Shown: positions 1-11,932 of the stretch, one piece after another
How the letters are laid out: the number at the start of each line of letters is the position of its first letter
Numbering within the stretch: position 1 is the first letter of the stretch
From: Amoebophrya sp. A120
Lineage: Eukaryota; Protista; Dinoflagellata
Length of the DNA: 64,000 bases
Reading direction: 5' to 3'
Assembly: GCA_905178155.1 (NCBI GenBank)
Contig: CAJINV010000002.1
Span: 3,601,838 to 3,665,837, forward strand
Notes under the pieces: generated by a model
What the model was told of the DNA's origin: nothing
Seen by the model: the letters and a program-made list of their open reading frames with translations, nothing else
Database searches by the model: none
Translations under genes and position numbers: made by a program

Positions 1-64
1 CGCTAGACCCTGGGTTTGGGGGAAGCAGGAGTACGAGCGCGCGTGGGAGCGGGAACATGGGATT

Positions 65-3000
65 ATGCTGGCACTGCACCGAAGGCAGGATGCAGAGGTT
101 TTTGCCGAGGCGCTGCAAGAGCGGCAAAGACAGCGTGCCGAAGATACAATTCTCCAAACCAACGCCATGTTGGAGGACGATTCCGTGCGCGAACGCGATG
201 AGGAGAGATTGCGCCGCGCCATCAAGGGTGGCTACCGGCACGTGAAGACCAAATTTGTGAAGAGAATAGGTAGTTTCAAAGCCTTCTCCAGCCGCGCGGA
301 GCTCGAAGCGGCGGTCCTACCGTTTCGGAAGATGCCTCTCGTTGCGGATGGCGCGTCAAAAGTGCCTGATGCTGCGTCGAAGCCAGAGCCTACCGCCCAA
401 GAGGAGCGAGACAAGATAGAAGACGTGTATGGTCCCGTCGGTTACTGGAACGTGTCTCAGGTCGAGGACTTGAGCTTCTTTTTTTCGAAGTTCTGCATGG
501 ACCACAGAAACTCGTGGTATAAGGCTTTTGACGTCCGGTTCTTTGTCATCAGCAACTGGGACACACGCGGCGTGAAGAACATGCAGGGGCTGTTTATGGG
601 TTGCGAAAGTTTCAACGAGCCGCTCCATCTCTGGGATGTGGGGCAAGTGACCGACATGAGCAAAATGTTCGCCGGCGCTGGGAACTTTGATCAACCGATC
701 GGGCAATGGGACGTGAGCCGCGTCACTGACATGAGCCACATGTTCTTCGCCGCAGGAGATTTCAACGCGCCCATCAGCCGGTGGGACACTTCGCGCGTCA
801 CGAATATGGCGCACATGTTTATGCGCACGGACAAGTTCGACCAGGAACTTCATTGGGATGTGAGCAGCGTCACCGACATGACCGGAATGTTCAAAGCGGC
901 AAAACATTACAACTACCCGCTGCATTTTTGGAATGTGGTCCGCGTAACAAGCATGGCGCTCATGTTTGCCTGGACGGGACATTTCAATCAGCCCCTGAAC
1001 AAGTGGAGCATCGGTAGTGTGAGGAATATGAGGGGCATGTTTTACGATTCCCAGAAATTCAACCAGGATCTGTCGGCCTGGGGCAGCTTGACTCTCCATG
1101 GCGCCGGCGGCGTGGAAGCAGATGGCATTCTTTCGGCGGCACGGGTGTTTCGTCGCCCAGAAAACCTGCGTCCCGAACAGTTGGCAAAGCTACAACAAGA
1201 AGAGGCGACCCACAATGGCAGAAGTTACGACGCAAGACGTGAACAATATTGGCAGGATGGATTCATTGACTTGGCGGTAATCACAAGAGAGAAGGACAAA
1301 ATGGTTAAGCAGTTCCTCTTAAAGTTTGGAGCACCCACTTCTGAAAGACTTGGCGTTCCGACACTGTGGACAATGGTGGAGAACCTACTCGCATCGCGCC
1401 CTAGTGCGATGCGCGAAGGGTGGGGCGCGCCATCTTCAAGTCAAGTGCTAATAACCGAACAAGACGGGGAGCAGAGTGAAGCATATTCGGACGGCTCGGG
1501 CCGACATTCTAATTATGATTCTGATTATTCCCGGTCCTATCAAGTGCAAAAAAATACGTCTGGGTCTGGATTTGTCTTCAGGTTTTGCATCTGCAAAAAC
1601 AAGGCGGGCAGCACACGGAGCAGGACAAGTTCCAAAGAGGGGTCTCCATGATGTCGTGTCTGCATCAGAAATGCTCTCTCGTCCTAAACGAGTCATAAAT
1701 CGACCGCCTTGCGGTTGTAACTACGCAAAATAAATACTGATTTTTGATTGTTCCAGACTCCGAGTCACAAGCTTACAACATCCTTCCAGACCCAGATATT
1801 TTTGCATGCGATACGTCCCCCCGTTCTGTGGCGGTCGACGACTCGGACGACGATGCCGTAACGCAAAAGGCTGCAGGAGGTGGCCTCGTCACGACAGCCG
1901 CCCCTGTAGTCCCTGGCGCAAAAAAAGTACAACAACTCGTCCGAAAGAGGACGAACAAGACCCGCGGCATGAAGAGTTCCAGCGCATCATCAAAAAAGCC
2001 CGGAGGTGTAGCCGCTTCGCCGAAATTTTTGAAGACGGCGAAGAAGAAGAAAAGCGGGAAAAACAGGAGCACTTCTGGTTCTGTCAGGCGGCCCCGGGTG
2101 AATAAAACCAATTTTTTTACCGCAGCTGCGTCCGCGGAGCGAGCTTCGGAAGAAAAGGAAACGAACGATTACCAAATGCAAACATGTCTGGGTCTGGTGG
2201 AAGACTGCAATTTGTCATGCTAAGTCGGGATCACAAAAAAAAAAAATCTATGCTGCATCTGCATGGACGCTAAAAGGATGTGCTCCAGGATTTCTCATGC
2301 GGAATAGGCATGAAGAAGGTCTTGCAAAATTCGTGTGCGTGGTCAGCGAGATGCATGGCAAATATTGCCTTCTTCCAGACCCAGACATAGTTGCAGTTGA
2401 TACCGATGCGGGAACACCAACCATCGGCGGAAGCTCTGCATCGGTCGAAGATGACAGTGGTAGCAATCCGTCGTCCAGCACGCCGCGTTTTTCCGATTCG
2501 AATAATCCGCACCAGGATCTCTCGAAAAGAGCCTCATCTGACTCAGCAGAGGAAGCAGAAGAACCACGACTAATAGCACGGCCCGGCGCTGGAGGCGATC
2601 TGCTGAGGACCGCCCTAGAGCCGTGGGCACCGTACCTGACGCCCAAACAGAAAGAGGGCCTGCGCAACGTCGACCGCGCGGCCCAACGGTGCGCTGACAC
2701 GCACCGCCAGGAAGGAAACTGGAAGGCTTTCGAAAACCGAAACGAACTTGCCCGAGCGCTCTCGTGGTGGAAGTCGTGGAACTATACACACCCCGACATC
2801 ATCGAAAGGCACAGAGAGGACGCCCACCGTGCGTATAACCACCGTGAGGATAACGCGCAAAGGGCGTCGACAAAACGAAGGGAAATCCAAAGCAAGTACG
2901 GCCCAATTCGCTTCTGGAACGTGTCTCGCGTCACCAACCTAGACGAGTTATTTTCGTGTGCGAGGACAGGAGACCTATTCATTTGGAGCCCGGGCGCCCG

Positions 3001-3880
3001 CTTTCCATCCGTCTCTCACTGGAACACAAACGGCGTGCGGAGCATGCGCTCCATGTTTAAGGACTGCCGCGACTTTGACCAGCCTCTGCACTGGGATCTC
3101 ACCACCGTCGACACAATGCAAGGTATGTTTTTCGGGGTGCACGCATTCCAGGATGTCGGCGCGTTCGTGTCGTCGGCATTTTTTTCGGGAAGCTCTGCTG
3201 CTGGGGCGACCCGACAGGCCGCGGCAGAGGCGAGGCGCGATAGGTTCATGGAGTTCCATCGTCGTGGTGCCTTTGAGGGTATGCTCGCATCCGATTTCCC
3301 AACGACCCTCTTCAAGAACTTGCTGTTTCGTGTGGCACAAGAGGGCACGTTGGGTGCCGAAGGGTGTGACAATGAACACAGTGCTCAGCTGCATCACGAC
3401 CGGGCCGACCTAGCGTCCGAGCAGCCTGAGTTGATCGTACACACTCTTGGCGGCACACTTGTGAGAAAGTTCGCCTTTGCCAAGTGGCAGCCGCTATCGG
3501 CGCGAGAGATCGGAGAACAGATCGCAAATGCCATAATCGCATCACAAAAGGAGCAGGGCCAGCGCATTTTGAAGGAGATAAGTCTTCTGTGTGGATCGCA
3601 AGATCTCCTACCGCTTCTGGGCGAGACGAGAATCAGTGACGTATTGCTTTCTCCCACGAACACGGCATGTCAACCAGTCGGCGCCAGCATCTCCCTCCAG
3701 GCCGTTGTCAAGTCGGGCTACGAGTTTCGGAGCTGGCATGAAGTTACAGAAGCCATTACATTTTGGCAGCACGCTGCGTTTGACATGGGCCCCGAGTATT
3801 GGAGAAGAGAGTACTGGCGAAATCCACGGGAAATGGGTGAAGATGAGGCTGCAGCGAAACGACAAGAAGTACGCACTTAA
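65..3880 (+). CDS. DUF285 / BspA-like surface-repeat protein, spliced (2 introners)
   Basis: Repeats of type WDVSRVTDMSHMFFAAGDFNAPISRWD in ORF 65-1651 and a second degenerate module (YGPIRFWNVSRVTNL...DFDQPLHWD) in ORF 2297-3880. Removing elements 1538-1813 and 2170-2402 joins three ORFs in frame (DYSRS|PRSVAV, ETND|AGTPT). True start and end are uncertain. Confidence 0.8.
1538..1813. mobile_element. Introner family A
   Basis: TIR TATC..TGCAAA..GTCTGGGTCTGGA / TCCAGACCCAGATATTTTTGCATGCGATA; TSD ggtcc/cgtcc. Confidence 0.88.
2170..2402. mobile_element. Introner family A
   Basis: Family-A TIRs; TSD acgat/ccgat. Confidence 0.88.
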
Positions 3881-4213
3881 CCTTTTTGTCTGTCTTCGAC
3901 GTCGTCGCATTGCGCAGAAGTAGATTCAAGGAAAGACGTCGTCCCGCGCCGGCTCGATATTATTGGTTCTTCAGCGTTTGTTGTATTAATTTATGTTCAT
4001 GCTGGTGCTCATTGTCATTTGCATTGATTGCAGCACACGCTGCGCCGAGCGGAGATCACAGTCGCGGCCCGGCGACTAGATCATTGTGCATCTTCGGCTA
4101 CCCTTACATGCCCACAAGAATGTGGTGACATCATGATGTCCCGTATGCAACTATGCGCACGTGGACGTGCTTCTGTATGAGAAAGCAGATACGTTCTGTC
4201 GCTACTCTGCGCA

Positions 4214-4720
4214 ATGCGACACTGGAGAGATGTACTTATTGATTCTCATGCATACGTGACCGAGGAACGCTACGGCCCAGTACACCAGTGGGACTTCTCC
4301 TCGATAACTACACCCATCAACCCCGTTTCTATAAAAGATGCGTTGCCGTTTCGCAATCTGTGCTTCGAGACACGGAAGCGTTGGGAAGGATCGTTCTGCA
4401 TAAAGGGGCACCAGCCCTGGGCTGCTGTATTTCGAGACGACTTTCTTATCACCGACTGGAAGTTTCCCCTCCCCCAAAACTTTAGAGGCGTGCTGCTGGG
4501 GTGCACAGATTTCGACCAGCCGCTCCGGTGGAACTTTCACTTTTCAGGACACTTTTCAGGATTGCCCAGCGACGCGGACAAGTTTCTTTTTGGAAGTATC
4601 GGCAGCGAAACAAGGCACAGGCCTGGCTTTTGCTCTCATTTTGTCACCATGAAGCGTATAGCGGGGGTTGGTACTACATCAAAGCCATCGACACGACCGG
4701 CAAGGAATCCTAGGTATTAG
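4214..4720 (+). CDS. Degenerate third DUF285-like module (downstream exon or fragment)
   Basis: RYGPVHQWDFSSIT...CTDFDQPLRWNF resembles the modules of the upstream gene; linkage to that gene is not established. Confidence 0.4.
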   Translation: MRHWRDVLIDSHAYVTEERYGPVHQWDFSSITTPINPVSIKDALPFRNLCFETRKRWEGSFCIKGHQPWAAVFRDDFLITDWKFPLPQNFRGVLLGCTDFDQPLRWNFHFSGHFSGLPSDADKFLFGSIGSETRHRPGFCSHFVTMKRIAGVGTTSKPSTRPARNPRY

Positions 4721-6877
4721 ACGTCTTCACGGACGTGCAGGATACTCATGTGATACTCGCACCACATGGTGAAAATTGTATTTCAGTGTCTGTCTTTCGA
4801 AAGAGAAGCGCCGCCCCCTCTGTGTACCTTCTGTTTTTTATACACAAAAAAATATTTTGACACATGTGCAGCCGTGGCTTGCAGTTTTGCTTTTCATAAC
4901 TTTGTTTCGCGGTGTGAGAATTTTTGAAGAGGTAGACCGCTTTGTGAAATCCAAGTTTTTTCTCGAGGACAGCGTGGAGGGCGACCAGAAAAAGAAACTG
5001 TCTTTCTGGAAATACCACCAGCTTCGCAGGTACGGGGCGTTCGAATCCCGTGGAAACACTCCAGGAGTGTCGAATACGAAATACTATCAGGAGGTGCAGT
5101 TTCCCCATATTCGGTTCGGGCCAAACAACAGCGTAAGCTTGCACTCGCAGTGGTCGCTGGACGATCGACGCCAGTCGCTTAGGGAGCATCCAGTCGCTTA
5201 GTTTTACTCGAAAAGCCTCCATTTTTCGAACTAAAGCATGGTCTGATGGGTGTAGTAGATTTGTGTGTATGGCTGACGCTGCGGTGAAAAGAAGTCAGTC
5301 TTCCCATCTAGAACATTGGCGTACGAGAGCCCAATGTCAAGATCGATGATGATAAGCAAAGCCCTTCTGACGGTGAGGATAAGGAGTAGGGATATCTATG
5401 AGTCTCATTCTTTTTTACGTGGACAATACCTAGAAAGTCGATATCCTCACCGGTCTAGCACGAAGCACACAAATATCATTCTTCACTTTCAGCACAAGTA
5501 GCACTTCTTTCCGTGTACAATATTTTTACAGGGCGCAAGAACTATATTTCAGCATCTGCGCCACCACTGTAGGTATGCAAACAAGCTTGCACGCGGAGCT
5601 CCGGAAACGTCGGAGCGAAGCCTACAGGAGGTCTAAGCGCATTCACTTTCGTTTCTCAGCTGAAGCAGACCGAAGCCATGTTTTCCACACCATCATGATC
5701 GTCATAATTTTAATTTACAGGCCCTATCTTCAAACTAGTCCGTCACATTTACAATTTGCACGATGAAGTATCCAGTACTACATGAGAAAGGACATACCTA
5801 CATTTTGAAGTAAGAAGAAGTGACACACGAGACACCACATATTATGTACAGAACTTCATGCGTTGAGCAGGTATCAGCAGTGGGATACCCTCGAGATTTT
5901 CCACATTCGTGTATGATGAAAAGTAGCACTATATATCTTTTGAACTAACGTGGAAAAAAAAATTGATGGAAGTAGGTCGCAAGATTCACATTCTCCAGCA
6001 TTGCTGAGAATGAAGCAGACAAGCATAAGAAACATAGAGTGAAAAAGTTGGACTTTCGGCATTTTCTCAAGCCGTGACAGAATCTCGACCGGACTGTAGT
6101 ATACAACCGTAAGTCCTGCACTAAAGGTTCCGACGCGAGAATTGACCAAAGAAAGGTCAGTTTGACCCTTTCGTGTGATCATGATCCCGATGAATCTTTA
6201 CAAGCTCGTCCTCGCAGATCCTGTTCTGGTCCTTCTGTTTTTCAATTTTTCCAAAAGAAATCCTACACCGACAAAACAGAAACAAATGTTCTTGTGTGCA
6301 ACACGAAGATCGCAGCGGATTCAAACTAGTAGCTCCTTCACCTGCTGGTGCGACGTACAAATACCGAAAATGAAACGCTCCTCCAAGGAAACGATGAGCA
6401 CAATTCACCGCATGCTCGTGATCAATCTAAGTACTTAGCACGACGAAGAAAGACGAAATACTAGATCCCGCGCCGCGATTTTTTCCGTTTATTTTCGGCC
6501 ATCGTATTTTATTTATTTCCATTGCTATTTTTCTTGCAACATGAACATCATCAACAGGCCGTGGAATTCTGTGTCGCCGACCAGTTATTTCTACAAACTC
6601 GACAATTTGGTCTGCGAAGTGGATTTTTTTTTTCATACTCGTGTCACAACTCTTTTTCAACATCCTCAATAACGACCTGCATGACAAAAACTTCTAGGCA
6701 ATAAACGAAACTACACTCTTCATTTGATCTTCAGATAGATAGAGGCTCTGTTCTGCTTTTCGTACGAAAACATACGAAACCTCCAGGAGGCAGCATCACA
6801 GAGAAAGTAAGTAGAACCGCCAGAGACTTACGCTCGCGGCTACTTCAGAAGTTTTCTATTGTTCTCGACCAAAAAAA

Positions 6878-9071
6878 ATGTCCCAGTCCAAGGCAACGAT
6901 TCCGGTCAAGCTTCTCTATGAAGCGGTGGACCACATGGTGAATGTGGAGATGGTATGCATTGCAAATATGTGTGGGTCTGGAAGGATGCAAACTTGTCAT
7001 GCGCACTTCAAATCACACAAGAATCTGTCATGCGCGGACAGCAAATAAAGTGGCCCACTTTGATGTTTACTCACCGAAAGAAGGGATTTTTAGTGCGGAT
7101 TAGACATTGAGCTTTACCATACCTTCTCAAGTAGACCTGTAATGCTGGGGCCCGCATGCCAGACCTTTCGTGTCACGGAAAATCAGCATGGCAAACTTCT
7201 GCGGTCTTCCAGAGGACCCAGACATATTTGCATTTGATAGATGAAGAACGGCGACGCGTACCGCGGGAAGCTGACGAACCTGGATATCCTTTGCAAAAAC
7301 GTCCCCAGCTACCCGTAGTCGTAGTGCAAATCTGCATGTAGTGAAAAAGAAAATATTTCTCATGCGGAGCCCCATGAGAAGAAGCATTTTCTAGTCGAGA
7401 TGTTGGGTACTTCTTTTCGTTGTCGCGCATGAGAAACTACAGTGGTCTAGGGTTCTTCTTGCAGATTTGCATGACAAATTTAGGGTCGTCGTTTTTGCAG
7501 AGGATACCACAGGATTCCATGAACGTCTTGCTCGAGAACGTGACCTATCCTGTGCAAAAGTATCGTATTCTATAAATGCAAGTCTTGCATTACAAATCTT
7601 TTTCTTGAGGCAAATCCGCATTACAAATTTTATTTCTCATGCTGAGGAAGTTTGTAATGCATTTATACGAGTGCGATACTTTTGCAGTTCATATGACCAA
7701 GACGAAAAAGACCGGTGAAACGCTACCGTAAGAGAAAATCCCCCCTCTCCATGTCAAAATGGAAATTTGTCATGCTTATTTGTGGTCATAAATCACCTTT
7801 GTCTTGACTACAGGGTAATGGAAGCCATTTGGCGCATTGCGCAGCCAGTCTGTCATGCGCAGCTTTCGACTACTGCAGAGCGGTTTGCCATGCGTAATTG
7901 CTAGCCTTCTGCATTATACGACCCAAACAGGATTTAGAAACTGCCGCCAAGCGCCTTCTGCAAGAGAAATGTGACTCGTGTACGCAGGCCCCGCATCAGA
8001 GAGCTCCTTTTGACCTGGGGAGGGAGGGTTTTTCCATTTGATAAACGCAGACGTTGGAGCAGGTCCACCTTCGCGGCTCCCACATCCGGCTCTTCTATCA
8101 ATTGCAAATATATCTGGGTCTGGAAGAATGCAAACTTGTCATGCAGAATTTCCATGCCCCATGAGGTCTGGAATGCAGGCCATAGTATGACAGATTCTGC
8201 ATGAGGTCTCTATCATGCGAGTCCTGCATGAGAAACTCCCTGCATGTGAGTCCTGCATGTGGTCGGAAAAGGGGGTCTTGTGTTGATCACGCAAGACTGA
8301 TTTTTGTGTGATCCAGAGGACGCATCACAAGTTCCATCCTTCCAGACATCCTCCAGGGATATTTGCAATGCATATCTTCTCCCTTCCGGAGCTGTTGAAG
8401 CACGCCCGTTATCAAATGTAAAAATGTCTGGGTCTGGAAGAATGCAGCTTGTGATGCTGCGTCTGCATTATCCAAAAATCTGTATTGCATGAACAGCAAA
8501 AGAGGTCTGGTTTTGGCCACGGCGAGACGGCATTTCTCATGCGGTATAGGCATCAGAAAGCCCTCGCAAGGCCTGTGATGCTAGGGCATGCATCGAAGAT
8601 CGATCAGGAGTCATGCAAAATGTGCATGACAAACCTTGCATCCTTCCAGACTCAGACACTTTTGCATTTGATACCCGTATTCTCCAGTCCGGGCACGCCA
8701 AGCAGGTATCAGACTGCACAAGACTTCTAAACTTCCCCTTCATTTGGAAAAATGCATGAGCAGCAATAGAGATGAAGTACTTCACATTCCGCATGACAAA
8801 TCTTGTTCCGCACATAAAAATGGCTTGATTGTGATAGAACTGTTTCTCGGGGCAAGCCCTGGAAATTTTTGTCATGCGAGCAGTGGTCGTGCTGAAAAAC
8901 AAGAAGCTCATTTTTGATCTTTTGCATTGCGAATTGTGTGGGAAATAAGTAAGAAGTTGTGCACCTTCATAGCAGGCCGCCGGGCGCGGCAAGGGACGAA
9001 ACGTTGGCGCGCATGCAGCGAAGATCACGGCTGCGGCGAATATTGGCTCCAAGGTGCATCGGGGTCAGTAA
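6878..9071 (+). CDS. SmD3: Small nuclear ribonucleoprotein Sm D3 (8 exons, 7 introners, 124 aa)
   Basis: Exons 6878-6952, 7244-7283, 7511-7544, 7698-7722, 8048-8094, 8379-8408, 8678-8705, 8976-9071 total 375 nt and give MSQSKATIPVKLLYEAVDHMVNVEMKNGDAYRGKLTNLEDSMNVLLENVTKTKKTGETQTLEQVHLRGSHIRLFSLPELLKHARILQSGHAKQAAGRGKGR...HRGQ*. This is colinear with Sm D3 hallmarks (P.KLL.EA..H, YRGKL...ED.MN, LEQV..RGS.IR...LP..LK.A, AGRGK). Confidence 0.93.
6954..7239. mobile_element. Introner family A (SmD3 intron 1)
   Basis: Family-A TIRs; TSD gatgg/gatga. Confidence 0.92.
7285..7506. mobile_element. Introner, B-like singleton (SmD3 intron 2)
   Basis: TIR TATCCTTTGCAAAAACG / CGTTTTTGCAGAGGATA; decayed TSD ctgga/ccaca. 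Confidence 0.88.
7546..7693. mobile_element. Introner family B (SmD3 intron 3)
   Basis: TIR TATCCTGTGCAAAAGTATCG / CGATACTTTTGCAGTTCATA; TSD tgacc. Confidence 0.92.
7724..8043. mobile_element. Introner family C (SmD3 intron 4)
   Basis: TIR GAAAATCCCCCCTCTCCATGTCAAAA / TTTTGACCTGGGGAGGGAGGGTTTTTCC; TSD aacgc. Confidence 0.92.
8096..8374. mobile_element. Introner family A (SmD3 intron 5)
   Basis: Family-A TIRs; TSD tcttc. Confidence 0.92.
8410..8673. mobile_element. Introner family A (SmD3 intron 6)
   Basis: Family-A TIRs; TSD cccgt. Confidence 0.92.
8707..8971. mobile_element. Introner family D (SmD3 intron 7, GT-AG compatible)
   Basis: TIR ..TGCACAA..CTTCT / AGAAGTTGTGCA..CATA; TSD gcagg. 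Confidence 0.88.
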
Positions 9072-10446
9072 GGAGGAAATATTGAAACTGGAGGTGTCGA
9101 AATTGTACAACTTCAAGCACGACCTGTTCATAATTCCAGCAACTTGGGACGACGAGGAGGAGGATCTTCATGGGGAGAGGAAAATGATGAACCTTCTTCA
9201 CCGACAGTTGGAGTTGCTGTACTACTGGAGGGGAGCAGCGAAATTACGATGTGGATTGCAGCTTCTGAGCAACATCAACAACTGTAGTTGCAGTTGTTGG
9301 GGAGAAGTAAGTAAGTACCTATCTAGAGCTGCACTGGTGTCAACAACAGCAACTACACGACATGCGGACGATCACGATCATGCCGATCTTTAGCAGCAGC
9401 AAGAAATAACTACGCAGCTGTTGATCATTCGCGATAGTGTTCAGATTGCGTCGATCTGTATCTTAATCTGCTGCTCTACTCCTACCTTTCACCAGACCCG
9501 AACAAATTTCACCTAGTGACGAGGAAACAAAAAGATGATGTAGAAGCTGCAAGAAACTACCTCTCACGACCCTTTTATGCCGCAAAAAAATCGAAAAACC
9601 ATAAAACAGCCTTCTAGGGCGGAGAAGAAAAGCAGCTGGCAAGTCTTAGTGCTGCCATAGTTGCAGTAGCAAAATAGATGTGTTGTTCACGATGACCTGC
9701 TATTTGTATTTCATCACGATTTGACTGAAGTTGCATGACCATCATGACCAAGAAATGATCCATGGGTCGGTTTTAGTTGTAAACCACGACCCTCCAAGAA
9801 GCATGATCAGAGCAGAAAAAAAGAAGGAGAAAGAAATCGGTCTGACGCCTGTGATAGATTATGACCTAGAAAAAAATCTTGAAAGCGAAAAGACAGAATG
9901 TCTGATTTGATCTTGCCCTTGCAGGGGAGAGTAAGTATAGTATCTATAGTAAAGGTGCCAGAAAAAGTACACAGTCTCGGTCGCAAAAAAAATCAGCAGT
10001 TCGGACGAAAAGCAAGAGTGATCATTCGAGACGTTCAACTAGATTGTATGACTTCGAGGATACAATGGCTCCAAAAGATGAAAAGAAGTGTACACTTTCA
10101 GTCAGTTCATCGTGAAGCACTCTGAAGACAGGCAATAAATCAAGATCTGTCTGCGGGAGAGAGAAAGAAAAAATCCAGATCGATCACAGCACGACCAGCA
10201 AGAAGATCTAAAGTGATGAGACAGTGCATGCTCAAGAACATGTAATTTTCTTGAAGAGAGGACGATCGGATCGCGATTCCTTGTCCACAATTTTTCACCT
10301 TTCTTTTCGATCCATTACCACCAAACAGTGTGCCGTTTTTGTTTGCCGATTTGTGCTAACTAGCCACAACTCGCGCCGGCTTCGCACCTTCTCAACTACC
10401 CTCCAAAAGAAAATCCACTACCGCCCACTTTATTGTCAAACCATAA

Positions 10447-10769
10447 TATCGCAAGGAAAAATCCCCCCTCCCCATATTGAAGAGGTAGGTTTTCGAAAAT
10501 TTGTGTTGCTGATTTCAGGTCACAAATCACGTTTGTGTTGCAAGAAGACAAGGGCAGCAGCTTCCGTCCCAGTATGGAGGCGGTTTGTCATGCTGTTGAG
10601 CCAAAATCACGGACGCTTTTCATGCTAAGCGCCTAAGTCAAAGCCTCTCTACTCAGGCTTGATATGGGTCTGCAGTCCTCTCCAGCAAGACAAATGTGAT
10701 TTGTGTACTCAAATACAGCAACACAAGTTTCGCTTTCGATATGGGGAGGGGGGATGTTTCCTCACAATA
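10447..10769. mobile_element. Introner family C in non-coding DNA
   Basis: GGAAAAATCCCCCCTCCCCATAT / ATATGGGGAGGGGGGATGTTTCC; TSD cataa. Confidence 0.9.
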
Positions 10770-11932
10770 CATAACCACTCGAACTCATTCGTATATAAAC
10801 CACTACATTTGTGCCCCAACAACTGGACTTTACTTATAACTTAAAACTGCTGGGACAACAACAACTTGTTTACTGATTCCAATTCTGATTTAACACCAAT
10901 TTTCCCTAGGCCATCGTACTGATTTTTGTGCTTTCAGAATTAGATCTGGATCTACAACTAGAAGGCTTGATCTGAGTTGATACGTTAACTACTGATCGCT
11001 TTTATCCTGAAAGTACAATTTTATTTACCATTTTTCCTTTGGTCTTTGTATTATTTTCATTAAACGAGTATAGTTTAATTAAGTAACCCTTAATTCTCCT
11101 CGTTCTTTTATCCGATTTGCCTCTACCTGCACAATATCCTCCTCTTCTAAAAGTATCTTGTACAAACTAAGTAGTACCCGCCCACCAGGTGTTAAAATCG
11201 TGAGGATCGCAAATTACTAGTTACTATCGCATATTGAAAGGTGGCAGGAGGCAAATCTCTAACCGGAATTGGAAATCTTCATCGTAGTCGTTTTTTATTG
11301 AAAAAACTACTGCTATATCAAAATCTTAAGAGAGAACAACGTGGATCAGGGTTTGTGGTCTTTTTCTTGAAAAGAAAACTATAAAAGCCCCTGTATCCAA
11401 ATAGTATTTCGGACAAACACCAAGGCTTTGGTGCTATTGCTGACATCAAAGCTAACAATTTTGTGCTTTAATAGTACTAGGCTGTAATCACGGTCAAACC
11501 ACTTTCGTGTCTGATCGTCGTTGCATGCTGCTTTTGCTAGAACCTACTAGCTTAGTATCCTTCTATTGTAAATTCTTCTGTACTGACGTCGGTTTTTACA
11601 TCGCGTTATAGTGCACAGAATTAAGAATACTATCAGCACAACAACTACAACAACAAAAAAGAACAACTCATCACATTGACTCCATTTACTGCATAAAAAC
11701 AACAATTCTTAGGGGCAGAATTGATTCTAAGACATCAGCATCTTCAGTAATATAGAGGTCAGAATCCGAAATCAATTTTTTTCCACAAACATTCCGATAA
11801 GAAAGTTTTTATCGCTGTGTAAAATTGTAAAATCTACCACAAGTTCTTGTACCTCCACCTGCAAAAAACTTTCACTACCCGAGAAGTAGAATTTGTTATC
11901 GCCCGCAAATACTGATTATTGCAAAAAGAAAA

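Noticed and set aside
4776-5201. 141-aa ORF as an independent gene
   Set aside because: Non-ATG start, no motif, and no splice model I can support.
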